From Botryllus schlosseri (lineage: Eukaryota), in the NCBI GenBank assembly GCA_051294905.1, contig CM119372.1:23994001-24058000 (forward strand): DNA of 64,000 bases, given 5' to 3'. Both the position numbers and the translations under genes were made by a program. The notes below the pieces were generated by a model. The model was not told where the DNA came from. It did no database searches and saw only the letters and a program-made list of their open reading frames with translations. Positions 11,597 to 24,200 of this stretch are shown in pieces; position 1 is the first letter of the stretch; each line of letters opens with the position of its first letter.

Positions 11597-14500
11597 ATGG
11601 TAAGAAATTATTTTTGAGGTCTCAGGCAAAACTAAAGAAATTATATGATCTTATTCAGAGTACTTTAACAAAAGAACTGCAAGATGGTACGATGAAATTT
11701 GCATCATTGATATTGCTCAAAAGGAATGTATTGTGGGCGTTACAATCTATTCAGAGTTTACGGCCGCTTTTGAGATTTTCACCAAGGATACGGAGGGTGG
11801 TTTTCTAGACACCGAGGCATTGGGCAAGGTACTGCGCATGCTCGGACAAGAATCGACAGATGATGAACTGGAAGAAATTGTGAAAGATAACGGCAGCGGT
11901 GATATAGCTTGATATTTATTGAGGTCTACAATTGCAGCAGTGCTATTTAGTAATGTTATTGTTATTATTATTATTAACACCGATGGTGGCTATAAGATAG
12001 GGTTACCATACGTCTTCTTTTGAGAGGATTTATCCTCTTTTGTGACTTTTTTGAAAGTGTCCTCGGAGGACGCCCAAATGTCCTTTTTTCGAGGATTTTG
12101 GTTAAATATAGGGCAAAATTTGACTGAGATACACTAAATCAGCACTGAAGTAACGACCTAACGCTCCGGCGGTTATTTCGGGAGCTGACCCGGAAAGTTG
12201 ACCTTTTTTGTAGTCAACCAACTGATAATGTGAAAGGATAACTGTATTTTCGGAGCTGAGCCAGAAAGTTGGCCTATTTTTTCAACCGACCACGAAGTGC
12301 AAAACATTTACGATTTTCAGGATTTTCCTCCGGTATTGCGAGTCTGAAAATTTCGAAAAAGTGTCCATTGTTCAGATTTCCAAAATAGGGTAACTCTACT
12401 ATAAGATGGTCAGATGTCTCACTTCATCCGGATGAAATCTATTGTCCTGTGACATTGGAGAGGATTTCTCTTATTATCCAACAACATATACCGTTTTAAA
12501 ACAATGGCAATGTCCTGTCCAACTTTACCCTACAATACGCTACAATGAAGAGGTTTCACTGGAGTAGTATCTAATGCGAGAAAGATGTGCATAAAATTTT
12601 AGCAAGTAGGATAAGATAATGTTCTGGATTAAATTAATGTCCCATAGTTCTACCGATTCAATTCTGTTGCCCTCGATCTGGATTTCGAGCTGCCGGCGTT
12701 GCTTACCAATAGGTCAAGTCATCGTGGACTTTGTGACACATTCGAAAGTCCATTTCAAAACCGGCAAATGATCGTACGCGCGTAATATCAGGTTTTCAAA
12801 CCACAAGACTTGGCAAGCATAAAGAGCATGCGTCATATACTCACATCTACCATATCACTTACCTATAAGCTAATTAGTGTAACCAATTATTATGAAATCG
12901 TCATAGCCCTGCTTCAATTGATATATAACAATTATAATACCATTTGACAAATTATGATGTCAGTAATTTCATAATAACATTGCAGTCGGTATATGACGAT
13001 CAATGTCCTAACTTCAGTAAATTATCCAGTATCCACAATATCAGCCATAATCGATGTTGCAAATGAATTCTACGTAACTTCTGATGTCATTTTGTATTAC
13101 AATCTTCTGCAAGGTGGAGCAATGTGCCTTGAGGATTTTCTGGGTTACATGAGTCGAACAATATCCGGACAAGTTTCCGACAAGAAAACTGAAGACGATC
13201 TGTCGAGCGGTTTCAAAAAACTCCTCCAAGAGTCATTCCGATGGTATGATAAAAACGGAGATGGATTCATTACCAAAGACGAACTTAAAGTAAGAAATTC
13301 ACACATTAAAATCACAGCAAATTGCGACTTACGTTGGTCGTCGCTACATCGGTATGTGTCGCTGTAGTTTAACACGGATTCTATCGTATGCCGACACGTG
13401 CATCTAAAATGTCCTGATATATTACCATCAAATTGTACGCACTCTCGGCAAGCAGCAGCAAGGAGATCGTGACAATGTCTCGTAGTGATGTAATACTGTG
13501 ATGTATAATACTGTTCCACTTGCTACGTTTTCTTTGTTCTTGCTCTGATGCATATTTTACGCTGTGTACAATGTGTATACCGGTCCCCGTCGTCTACCAA
13601 TCCTTACCATGTTGTGTTTGGTGGTGAGATGTATAAAACATACTGACTAACTGTAGTATGACGACTAATAACTATGGCTGGGCAGTGGGCAGTGGACACA
13701 ATAATTCGACTACTCGAATCTAAATCGAGTATTAATTATAATGATTCGAGTTGACTAGTGAGATATGATTTGCTCTAGTACTGAAATGATACGCTCCTTT
13801 TCACAAAGAGGTAATTAATCATCGAGATGTATAATTTCGGCAATTTTTCAACTGTAAACCACAATTGGTCGTACGTTAGTGGAAATGACATATCTCTGAA
13901 GTCTGAAGGAAGGGCAATGAAATGCATATTGTCAAAAACTATATCATATGATAGACAAAAAAGTTCTATCAAATATGCCGGACCAGATTTGTGCAACAGT
14001 ATCTCGCCGGCTATCCGACAGTCATCGAGCATGTCCACATTCAAGTCGAAATATTGAGTCAATAAATCTACTATAGCTCGCTCCTCTAGTCTACAGGACC
14101 GCGACCTGACATATCGATCTCGCCTTCCGACACATGCCCTCTTTTTTCTGTCACCTGTCCTTTTATATTATCTGTTTATAGTTTTCATTAAGTGTACATG
14201 CCTCCTTTTTTACGTCGCCTTGGCCACTCCAAGTCATTTCGAGACGTTCTTATCTTTCATTGTATCGCAGTCTTTCGGTGTATTATGATGAAATTTTTAG
14301 CAATAATTTGAATTGAATTGAATATCCTTCACTGTGATGTAAAACTGGCATTATATTATTTTTGGTTTCATAAAAGGTACATATTTGAAGGTCACACATT
14401 ATCCATACTGTTGTGACGTCATACAGAATGACACTCGAATGCTCGACTCATTGCGAATAATACTCGATTCATAATCGAATCACTCCTGTACTTGACCAGC

Positions 14501-15195
14501 CATGCTAATGAACAATACAAATTGCTTGTGTTTGAAATTGGAAATATGTAATATGGCAAAAAACGGCGAGGGCGATACGCACTTGTGCGTGCAACGACAC
14601 ATTTGATATTTTAATACGTCAAGATTGAATGCCTTTGTTAGTTTGCTATCTGGATAACTTTAGGATTACCTCTAGGATTTTTTTAGATAGACTAAAATGA
14701 ATCATTTTTACTGCAGGTCGCAATGCAATCAACGGGCGAAAAAGTACACGATTGGGAAATTGATGAATTCTTGAATAATTGTGACGACAACAAAGACAAT
14801 GTGATTGATTTCGATGGTTTGTTCAAATGCGTATTTACAATATCCATTTGCATTTATTGAGTACTGGACATGGGCATTGGGATTTGGACTTCAATGAAGC
14901 GGCAATGATTTGGGATTTGGATCGGATATGCTATGTTTGCAAAACGGAATAAAAACATTGGAATGGTTTTGTAATCTTCGCTTTGCTTGTATGAATTTTG
15001 GGTATTATCATATGCATCTGTAGACTAGATCAAATCTGTCACGGGTTTGCATCTTTAAACATAAATTATCCACGCATTTTTTTTATATAGATTTAACCAC
15101 ACCGTAAGTATGAACATTATACACCTCTTATATTTGGATTCTTTTTAGAATGGGTGTCAATCATGAAAGACATGGAAGGCCAAGTTCAGTCATAA
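11597..15195 (+). CDS. Divergent troponin C-like EF-hand protein, 165 aa, 6 exons
   Basis: Exons 11597-11599 (ATG only), 11659-11686, 11755-11898, 13114-13289, 14717-14816, 15149-15195; GT-AG introns with consistent phases (498 nt). Motifs EFTAAFEIF, LGKVLRMLGQ, DKNGDGFITKDE, TGEKVHDWEIDE, DDNKDNVIDFDEWVSIMK. The exon 3 donor (GTGATA) is weak. Confidence 0.82.
11998..12398. mobile_element. MITE family C in TnC-like intron 3
   Basis: TIR TAGGGTTACC / GGTAACTCTA; perfect 8-bp TSD CTATAAGA; AGGAC/GTCC subterminal motifs. Confidence 0.88.
13790..14320 (+). mobile_element. 5'-truncated CR1/L2-type LINE family 2 (ORF2 C-terminus plus 3' UTR), inserted in an inverted family D MITE spanning ~13685-14490
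   Basis: Frame SIKYAGPDLCNSISPAIRQSSSMSTFKSKY resembles a LINE ORF2 C-terminus; followed by the family-2 tail and (TTGAA)n; flanks are ACTCGA-rich. Confidence 0.75.
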
Positions 15196-16212
15196 TTGCG
15201 CCGGGTACAGTTACGTATGATCATTTCTTTTAAATATCCCAAAAGACGTGAAGTTATATGTATTCCCTGTAAGCGTACATTTCCCATGACATTGCACCAT
15301 ATCGATCGTTTTGTCGCAAAATAATATAGGCTGTATAAAAGTTTAATTTTGTTCTGGTGTGATTCTAGGAATGTTGCTGTCACATTGTAAGTGAATTTAC
15401 ATTGATTTTATGCAATCCGAGAATATTGCGTGACAATAATGCTTTTGAATCTTGAATTAGTTATACGCACGTTTCGAAACTTACAGAGACAGATGCAACC
15501 AGCCGCCAGAGCAATCGGTAGAAATCAGATAATGGAGCGACGAGTATACGTTATAGTGACAGTGACACGAAGATCGAGATACTGAATTTTATGAATTTGT
15601 ACCTTGAATAACTACCGCAGTTTAGCGGGTACTATACAGGCAGATTAATTCATTGACTGAGTTTAGCCTAAACTCTCTCAAACGCTTGAGACACATGCTA
15701 GCACACTAAATTAGGAAGATGTGTTCCTGTCTCTTGTGAAAGCTAGTGTATAAAACTAGTCAAAGAACGTTTTTGCCCTCATACCCATTCCATAATTATA
15801 AATCAAGGATAAATTCACACAATTGAGATCGGATCTTCGATTGTTTGGTTAACATATCGAGTGATGATGATACCAGCTCAATGTCATACCCAGCTAGAAC
15901 TAATTTAACGGGTGGCCTGGTCCGAAAGCAGAGCTAATCAATGAGATCTTTAAAATGAAATTTGTGTCATCCATAGAAAAAAAATGATACTGGAAATATC
16001 ATGCACATGCACATCGTTTTTCTCAAATATAAAATCCTCGCGGGTCGCGTAGGCTATTTGATACCCTCACTGAAACTCAACTTAATCACCATGCTCATCA
16101 TGACGTAGATATCACATATTATACGGACAACCCATGAATACAGGAATATAGGTCAGCGTCAGGGGTGTCGAACCGTTTTGATATTCACAGCCGCAGTTCG
16201 ATTACTTATATA

Positions 16213-16739
16213 TAGGGCTGGGCATTTTCGAGTACCTGAGTGATTCGATTCTGAATCACGTATTTTGCTTCGAGTCGAGTCGAGTATTCGAGTATCGCTC
16301 ATTATGACGTCATAACAGAGTGTAATATGTTAAAGTTCAAATTTGTACCTCTTTATGCCACCACAAAGAATATAATCCGTGCTATCCATCACATTAACTA
16401 TACTTAGTATTTTTCGACCATACCGATTCCATTGCACTTTGTGACAATGTTGTGGGATGATCATGACTTCGGAAATGTGGTATTTCCAGTAACGTTCGTA
16501 GCTTTGTACTTGTACTTCATGCCCTGTTTTCTATGCTGCAATACGGACAATTAAGGTTTCATGGCTTCCACAGTGGAAAAGAGTATAGACGCTATAATTT
16601 TTGATGATAAATTAACTTTTAGTGGCGAGAAGCGTATAATATCAGTACTCGAAAAATTCGTCTTTTACTACTCGACTCGAATCATTAAAATTAATACTCG
16701 ATTCAGATTCGAGTACTCGAATCATTGTTGCTAGCCCTA
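16213..16739. mobile_element. MITE family D (ACTCGA-rich)
   Basis: TIR TAGGGCTGG / CTAGCCCTA; perfect 8-bp TSD CTTATATA. Confidence 0.88.
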
Positions 16740-17320
16740 CTTATATAACGAAAAACCGCATTCCAGTGGACAGTCGTAATGGACCACATGGACGCCCAAT
16801 ATCCATTTTAGATGAGCTATACTGGGAGACTTCGTATCGCGGAGAGCCCTTATGGTTTCTGTGCCATCACTGCATTCTTGTGAAATATATTGGGCATGAA
16901 AGTTTCTAATCGTGAAATCGGAACGTCTTATCTGGTAAATAGGGTGGCGTCTTTCTCTGGTGGCGAATTTCGGCCTTGCCATTTTGTGAGCATTATCATC
17001 CGTTTACTTCTAGATATAGATTTTCCGAGGTAGCGTTTCAGATAATGCCGATTTTCAAATAATTATATACATACAATTGCCAGCTACTAAAACTTGCACA
17101 TTCAGAATAATTGGAATTGCCACCGACGTAGCTCATAAAGTAGACCAAGTAACGTCAGCAAGCTATTGGTAAACACCCTAAGAAATAAAAACTATATAAC
17201 CCAAAGCAGTGGCGTAACAGCCACCTGTCAGTTCTGGCTCTGCCCAGGCTGCAAGGGGGCGGCCGCGGGGTGGCACACAGCACGGTGATGACTTTTTTAA
17301 ATCAACGACACAGTGAGGGT

Positions 17321-17596
17321 GGCGAGATAGCGCAGTGGTATAATCCACGGTTGCAACACCAATGGGTGTGGGTTCGAGTCCGACCGAGGTCGACTTCCGA
17401 ATTCCGACACCTAAGTGTTGGAGGTTTACCTAGGCTCCTCCTCGCCACCTCATCCGCGTCAGCGGTGTCTTACAAAAAGCCTCGAGGTGGGCCGTGCTAT
17501 AAGTCGGCGTTACGGAAAATAAGAAGAATATCGGCCTGGTGTAAATGACCATAGTAGTCGACAAACACCATGAATACCCCAAAACAAACAAACAAA
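17321..17596 (+). mobile_element. tRNA-derived SINE, family 1
   Basis: A box TAGCGCAGTGG, B box GGTTCGAGTCC, unrelated body, (CAAA)n tail. Confidence 0.75.
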
Positions 17597-17717
17597 TGAC
17601 ACAGAGTAGACCAACGTGATTTTCACAACAACGTAACTGCTCTCTGCAACACGTAAAGACGTGCTGCCTGCTCTTCAACAGTGTAATGTAGTTTACGAAT
17701 TCACTGCGGGAAAAACA

Positions 17718-19012
17718 CAGGGATTGTCACAATTAAGGCTCCGAGTCACAAGCCAATTGTGGTGTCAAGTCGAGTCATTTTCAATTTGCCATCGAGTCCG
17801 AGTACAAGTCATCGAGCAGAGGTTCGAGTCCGAGTCATGGTATTATGACTCGAGTCCGAGTCCAAGTCATTGTGTTGACTGCTCACTCGCATCTGCAGTA
17901 TGGAATCGTAGTATGGGGAAATGCATGTACAACATTTTTGTGCAGAATTCGAACCCTGCAAAACCGTGCAATACGGCTGATCTCATCTGTACCTTTACGT
18001 ACCAATTTATCGCCTTACTACCGTAAGCATCGAATTTTGCGAGTTGATGAACTGTATCGCTTCGAAGTATCAAAAGTTGTTCACAAGTATTTTTCCAATA
18101 GTCTGCCTCCTGTGTTTGATGACTTTTTCATACCTGCTAAACATGTCCATTCCCATTACACGAGATCTTCGTCTAAAGGAAACGTCTACTTACCCCAACC
18201 CAATAGCAACCTAACTAAGAGATCTATCGACTACTCGGGACCTATCATCTGGAATGCATTACCATCACATATCCGTGAATTGCCTTATAATAGATTCAAA
18301 AAAGCCCTACTTGATCACCTCTTGTCGTTACACTAACACTGTTGCCCTACCTCGCCCAGACATTGCTTCATTGATCATTTGCTACCATTGTTTAATTTTT
18401 TTTTCTATTTTCTTTTCCTAACTAAACATTTCTTACAGCCAGACTGTTCTGAGTCAAGTGTACCTGTTTGATGCTGGTGTGATCAGACTAGATGACCTTC
18501 ATGGTCTTATCGATCATTCCTATCTAATACCGAATACTGTGCACGCATATTTTCTGTACCACCATCACTGCCGTTTGTTATGTATTTTGGTTCGATGAAA
18601 ATAAAGACTCTCTCTCTCTCAGTTTCCAGAAAAAGTCCTGTTAAACCCTCTGTTATAACTCTGATATCGAATCGTTCGCATGTATAATATACTAATTTTC
18701 TTCACTTTTAATAGTTTCTGGTCGCATTTTCAAGTATCAGTACCAACAGACGAACTCCCAGTAGGGTGGTTATACTTTACTACTTTTCGAAATTACAATG
18801 TAACGTCGCTCTGGGCCGTCTGAGTCTCGAGTCATATGACTTATTGGTTCGAGCCATGCGTAATGACTCGAGTCCAAGTCGAGTCAATACACATATTGAC
18901 TCGAGTCGAGTCGAGTCATTTCCGTATTTTGAGAAAATGACTCGATTCAAGTCGTGTCGTCAGAAAATCGTGACATGAGTCGAGTCATGAATCTCGAGTC
19001 ATTACAACCCTG
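17718..19012 (+). mobile_element. MITE family E (GACTCGAGTC-rich), interrupted by a LINE
   Basis: Left and right parts are collinear with the intact copy at 27473-28042; ends TTACAACCCTG. Confidence 0.8.
17885..18620 (+). mobile_element. 5'-truncated CR1/L2-type LINE family 1 (ORF2 C-terminus plus 3' UTR)
   Basis: Open frame HLQYGIVVWG...LQNRAIRLI...HYTRS...SIDYSGPIIWNALP to stop at 18336; AATAAA at 18600; (CT)n tail. Confidence 0.88.
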
Positions 19013-19014
19013 GA

Positions 19015-19300
19015 AGAACGTTAAAGCGCCCGCAGGAACGCATAAATCAGCATGTCCCTAGATTCATTAGAACACGCGCCTCACGCTCGGTGAGAAGCTC
19101 ATCCTTGACCCATCCGCTCAAATATTGATGCGAAACAATCAAACGCCATAAATTCTGCAATTGGCAAACACATTGTTAGATGATCCCGCATGTGCGAGAA
19201 ATTATCGAGTCGACAGATTTCGCGTACGCGGAAAGGGTCGTTCACACTTTCACTTGTGTGCCTTGGAGTCGACTTTCATCAAAATACACCAGCTAAGGCT
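19015..19300 (+). mobile_element. Penelope-like retroelement GIY-YIG endonuclease C-terminal remnant
   Basis: Frameshifted translation RPQERINQHVPRFIR...NSAIGKH/LLDDPACARNY...HFHLCALESTFIKIHQ resembles Penelope endonuclease tails as I recall them. Confidence 0.65.
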
Positions 19301-19359
19301 GTTGTCGCCATGGTAATAATAAAAGACAGTGATGGTAATATGAGGCATGTTAACATTCA

Positions 19360-19660
19360 AGTCGAAATACGAGCAATTTCTCTAAATTAGTACTAGTCAG
19401 CCTTCAGGATTACCGGACCACGACCAACACATCGATCTTGCGCCTTCCGCCACACTCCACTTCATTTTGTCGCTTGCCTTTTATTCTCTGCTTTACATTT
19501 CATTCCGTGTGCAACTGTGCATGCCTCTTCTCTACTTCGCCTGGGCCAAGGTGAGTGTCTGAGATCAAAGACTACTCCAACCCGTTTCGACACCTTCCTA
19601 TCTTTTCATTGTATCGCAGCCTTGTGGTATTTTGAAATGATGAAAATATTAATAAACTGA
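19360..19660 (+). mobile_element. Truncated LINE family 2 tail
   Basis: CATTCAAGTCGAAATAC (ORF end as at 14040), then ATTACCGGACCACGACC...GACTACTCC...CGTTTCGACACC. Confidence 0.75.
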
Positions 19661-19758
19661 TACTGATGTAGGCCTATAATGAATGATAAATTTCCGAGGA
19701 ATGTTTATATAGCTCAGTGAGTGCTCCACGTCCTAGTGACCTACACACACACACAGAG

Positions 19759-20185
19759 CAGAGATGAGCATGGATTAGGATTAGGTTTTGAAAAAACAGG
19801 ATTTGTGAAATTTTGTCGGATTTGGATTGGATTTGGATTAGACATTTTTTTCGGAACGGATTAGGATTTGGATTGGATTTACCTATTTTCTGGGAGATTG
19901 AAATGTCGTGTGGCGAATGGCGACAAACTTTATTCAGATCAGTAATTAATGTACTTATGGTTACTAAGTTATCTTGAATCAAGTGAATCGTTGGTTGTGA
20001 AAGAAAATTTTCGAATCCCTCCATTGCGTAAATTAGTATTTTTTCTGAATTTCCAGTTGGAATCGGATTAGGATTGGACATGAACTTGAATATGAAAAAG
20101 TTATGGATTAGGATTGGGATTTGGATTTGAAGGTTCGGATTTGGATTCGATTAGGACATAGAAATGTTAAATCCGCTCATCTCTG
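19759..20185 (+). mobile_element. MITE family F (GGATTT/GGATTA-rich), copy 1
   Basis: TIR CAGAGATGAGC / GCTCATCTCTG; imperfect TSD within a (CA/GA)n tract. Confidence 0.85.
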
Positions 20186-20217
20186 ACACACAGAGAGAGA
20201 GAGAGAGAGAGACACAC

Positions 20218-20248
<31 letters not shown>

Positions 20249-20280
20249 TGGAGAGGAGAGGGAGAGAGGAGAGTGGGAAA
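20186..20280. repeat. Compound (CA)/(GA)/(GATA) microsatellite
   Basis: Directly visible purine-rich tract. Confidence 0.9.
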
Positions 20281-20695
20281 TGAGAGTACTCAGTGGTATA
20301 ACCCTGCTACTTTTTACATATTTCGTTGGAAAATCCTGTAAAAATCCGACTTTCAATGCAACATAAAAATCCGGAACCTGTCCTGCTGGGCTAACAGCCG
20401 ATGAACATCTGATTCGGCTACAGATCCTGATCACCTCTGGGCTCAGGTAGGCGAATTTAAGTCAGTAGTTCCTAAAATTACTTCATTCTACTCCAGACAC
20501 ACGCTGTATGGTGAACACTTTGAAGTTTTAGCTCAACTCAAAAGTCATCAATTGCTCATTACTCTATTGAATGTTTACAAAATCGAATGCTACTTACTCA
20601 TACTATCGAATGTTTACATCCGATACTCACTCTCTCTCTTTTTCCCTCTCTCTCTCCGGGTCCGAACCTCCGAAGGTTTCGCTATAGATAACTAA

Positions 20696-21120
20696 CAGAG
20701 ATGAGCATGGATTAGGATTACGTTTTGAAAAAACAGGATTTGTGAAATTTTGTCGGATTTGGATTGGATTTGGATTAGACATTTTTTTTCAGAACGGATT
20801 AGGATTTGGATTGGATTTACTTTTTTTTCTGGGAGATTGAAATGTCGTGTGGCGAATGGCGACAAACTTTATTCAGATCAGTTATTAATGTACTTATGGT
20901 TGCTAGGTTATCTTGAATCAAGTGAATCGTTGGTTGTGAAAGAACATTTTCGAATCCCTCCATTGCATAAATTAGTTTTTTTCTTCTGAATTTCCAGTTG
21001 GAATCGGATTAGGATCGGACATGGACTTGAATATGAAAAAGTTATGGATTAGGATTTGGATTTGAAGGTTCGGATTGGGATTGGATTAGGACATAGAAAT
21101 TTCAAATCCGCTCATCTCTG
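20696..21120 (+). mobile_element. MITE family F, copy 2
   Basis: Same TIRs; perfect 8-bp TSD ATAACTAA; near-identical to copy 1. Confidence 0.9.
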
Positions 21121-21291
21121 ATAACTAACCTACGAAGGTTAGTTTCGAATCCCCGAGGCCCGAGTGATATCGAAATTGGGAAATCCCCCGATAAGCCAGT
21201 ATTTTCGCTTAATTTATTGAATTTGGCTTTCTTGGGGAGGACGCGCCATTCGTTTTGTATTGTTCGCTTTGCCTTGCCCTGATATTGCTGG

Positions 21292-24200
21292 ATGCATACC
21301 AGCCACGGGATTATGCAGTCCAGTCATGAAGTTGAATGGGCTGAAAATTTAACCAAAGGCGAGAACGGTGATGGTGGATGTTTGCAGAACGCTTCTGGTG
21401 AAAATCACCTGGTTGATGCTTCGTGCCAGACTGATTTTGTGGTTGTGGATGTGGACTTGGCTGAGCTTAAGAGGCGAATGGCTTCTGGATTACACAACAA
21501 TGGTATGTTGACGAATTATTCTTTCACGCTCAAGATAAAAGAATTTGTGTTCTGTTCGCAGTCGAAGAAACTCTCACTGCTGCAAGCATACGCAATGCGG
21601 CACAATCAGTAGTGACTAAATCTGGCTGGGTGTACGATCCAAGAACGAAAACCTATTTTGACTATCACACAAATCTCTACTACTATCCGGTAAATAACGA
21701 AGAAGTGCCGATATTGCTTTGTGCTGATTTATTGACTCCGTATCGGCTGGTCCGTCGTTATTTGGCTTGTCCATATACACAACACATCTCTGCCACCTAT
21801 ACCCAAGGTACCCATATACTCTGTACAAAGCTGATATATATTTTTCCAGTTGATGTTGCCATAAGCTTTAAATTCAATGGCAATAATGTGTTACATGTTT
21901 CTATAGAATTGGACTGTGTAGGAGTAGGGCTATAACACATACTGTAAGATATTCCTTCCAGAGTTACGGTCAGTTCATAGAGTATCCACTTAAACTGATA
22001 TCAATGGCAACACGAATCATCGAAAAACCTGTTTGAAAATGTTGAAGCAGTTAAAATATCTAATAATGTATAATGTTGTTTTAGTTTAAATGCGGAATAA
22101 GTACTTCTGGAACTACTGGAAAAATATCAACAAATTGAATTGCAATCCTAAATTGTTATACAAACTTGTATTTTCAGCAATCCAGACTCTATTACAACTA
22201 CAAAAATGGTTGCTATTACCGATACAATCAAGAATCCTGCAAATACGAATTTCACTACCAACTCGAGTCCCACAAAAACCAATCTCAAAATCTTGAGCTG
22301 CTACCCCGGGTAAGTGTTTCCGATCGAGTAATGCCACGATCCCACATTATATCCAATTTAGAGTGATAATTTGACTGCGGAAATAGAAGACGTTGCCGCC
22401 AACTTTTCGTCAATCACTCTTTCCTGCGGACCGGCGCCTTACAAAACATTTTCAGGTCGAGTATTAATTTTGTATGTTGAATTCAGAGGCAGTTGACGAG
22501 AGAACGAAAACAAATCGAGGTCAAAGATCACAAGTTGCCCAATATGAAGAAGTTCTTCATCGAATTTTTGAAAGACCGCATTCGATATGTCGGTGGTGCG
22601 GTAGTGACAGTTGATGATGGTTCTGCCCACACTGTGGACGGTGATCCGATTCCGTGTAAATTGCAAAGACTTGAAAACACCAATCGTGGCATCAAACTTT
22701 CTGCTTGCAGAAAGGAACTTAAGGGCTATTATTCAGACTCCGAAACTCATAGATCCCGTAAAAAATACAAGTATCATGCTTGTAAGGAATGTCAATGCTT
22801 GATTCTACCCAGCTGCTGTCGGCAAAATAAGCCCATAAAGAAAAGGGTAAATATTGGAATATTTGAGTTTGTCTATTCACCTGCGTGGATACCGGTTACT
22901 CGCAGGCTATGGGAAAAAATTTGAAAAGCTTACAAGTATCTGATTCGGAAACGGCACGTATCAAATCAATACCGACCAAGTATTCGAGATGCCTGGACTG
23001 CTCTGGCTTGGCGTCTACTAGCTGCTGTGTTGAAACAAATTATTGGTGTGATCCGGTATGTTTTTTCCGATATATATTCGTCCATCCACGGTTGCCCAAG
23101 ACGCAATAGAATGCAATTTATAGAAAAACTTCGAATTTTGTGACGGCATTGTGCCTATGCCTATGGTATTTCTCAATGCACTTGAAATATATACACATTT
23201 AAGGTATCATTTTCTATGCCATAGCATACCGTAGCATGATCTCTTAATCAAACAATGCGCTGGATGGTTCACGTGAAGGACACAATATTATCCATTCCTT
23301 AAATACTTCTTCATTGATGCGGCAAAGCCCAGGCAGTCTCTGAACATCCGGAATTGAATGCATCTTGATAATTTGGTCACAACGGATTTCATTTCCCTTG
23401 CAAGGTGCACGCAAGACCAAAGAAACGTGCGAGATCTGGCAAGAAGCAAAAACGGAGGCGAAAACGGCCAAGATATGCCAGCAGCAGCAGCAGCGTGACT
23501 GAAAACGAGACACTTCGTGATGGCTTGGTTTCGTCGAATGCTGCCACAGAAGGAAATAAAGTGGACTACACACTCGATACACATTCAGAATTTCAGCCCA
23601 ATGTTACATCAGGTAGACAGATGAACAAATCACTGAGTAAGCTTCAAAAGTATTCTCACATTGATATGCACTTAGATTCTCAGACAAGATAACAACATAT
23701 TTTATCGTTTTAGCGTTGAAGAGTTAGCAAGACATTATGACTGTAAAAGCAGGGATATCAGCTAGTTAAAGTTGTTATTTCAGAATGAATATTGGAGGAT
23801 CTAAGTTTTTTACAATGTTGTCACCATAAAATCCAATACATTGACAAAAACGAGTACAATTCGATGTAATTTAATGCATATTTTCCTTCTTTTATGTAGT
23901 TTTTAATTCGACGCCTGTTATGCTATGATGAGAGCCTTTTAGTTCATGCGAACCCATTCCATCTGTTTCTCATAAAGATCACCTGATGAATTGTTGTAAT
24001 ATTTAGAGACGGGCATGATTCCATGTATTCGTGCAATGGTAACTTCGTCACAAAGTATTGACATCGGAACGCTCTTCGTGATAACATGTAATGGTGCTGT
24101 TATAGGTGAGCATTTCATACTATTATCATAGGCGCCGAACCTGGGTATGCAAGGTATGGCACGCATACCTAGACATCTTCTTAGGTATGCGGCATACCTA

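Noticed and set aside
17321-17395. tRNA gene here and at 32290-32370
   Set aside because: A and B boxes are present but the acceptor stems are poor, and both continue into SINE bodies with simple-repeat tails
19759-21120. Interstitial telomeric repeats
   Set aside because: Motifs are GGATTT/GGATTA within a TIR element, not TTAGGG arrays
22361-22455. Extra AGGF1 exon SDNLTAEIEDVAANF...
   Set aside because: Ends in phase 1 and would need a 31-nt intron; skipping it keeps the frame
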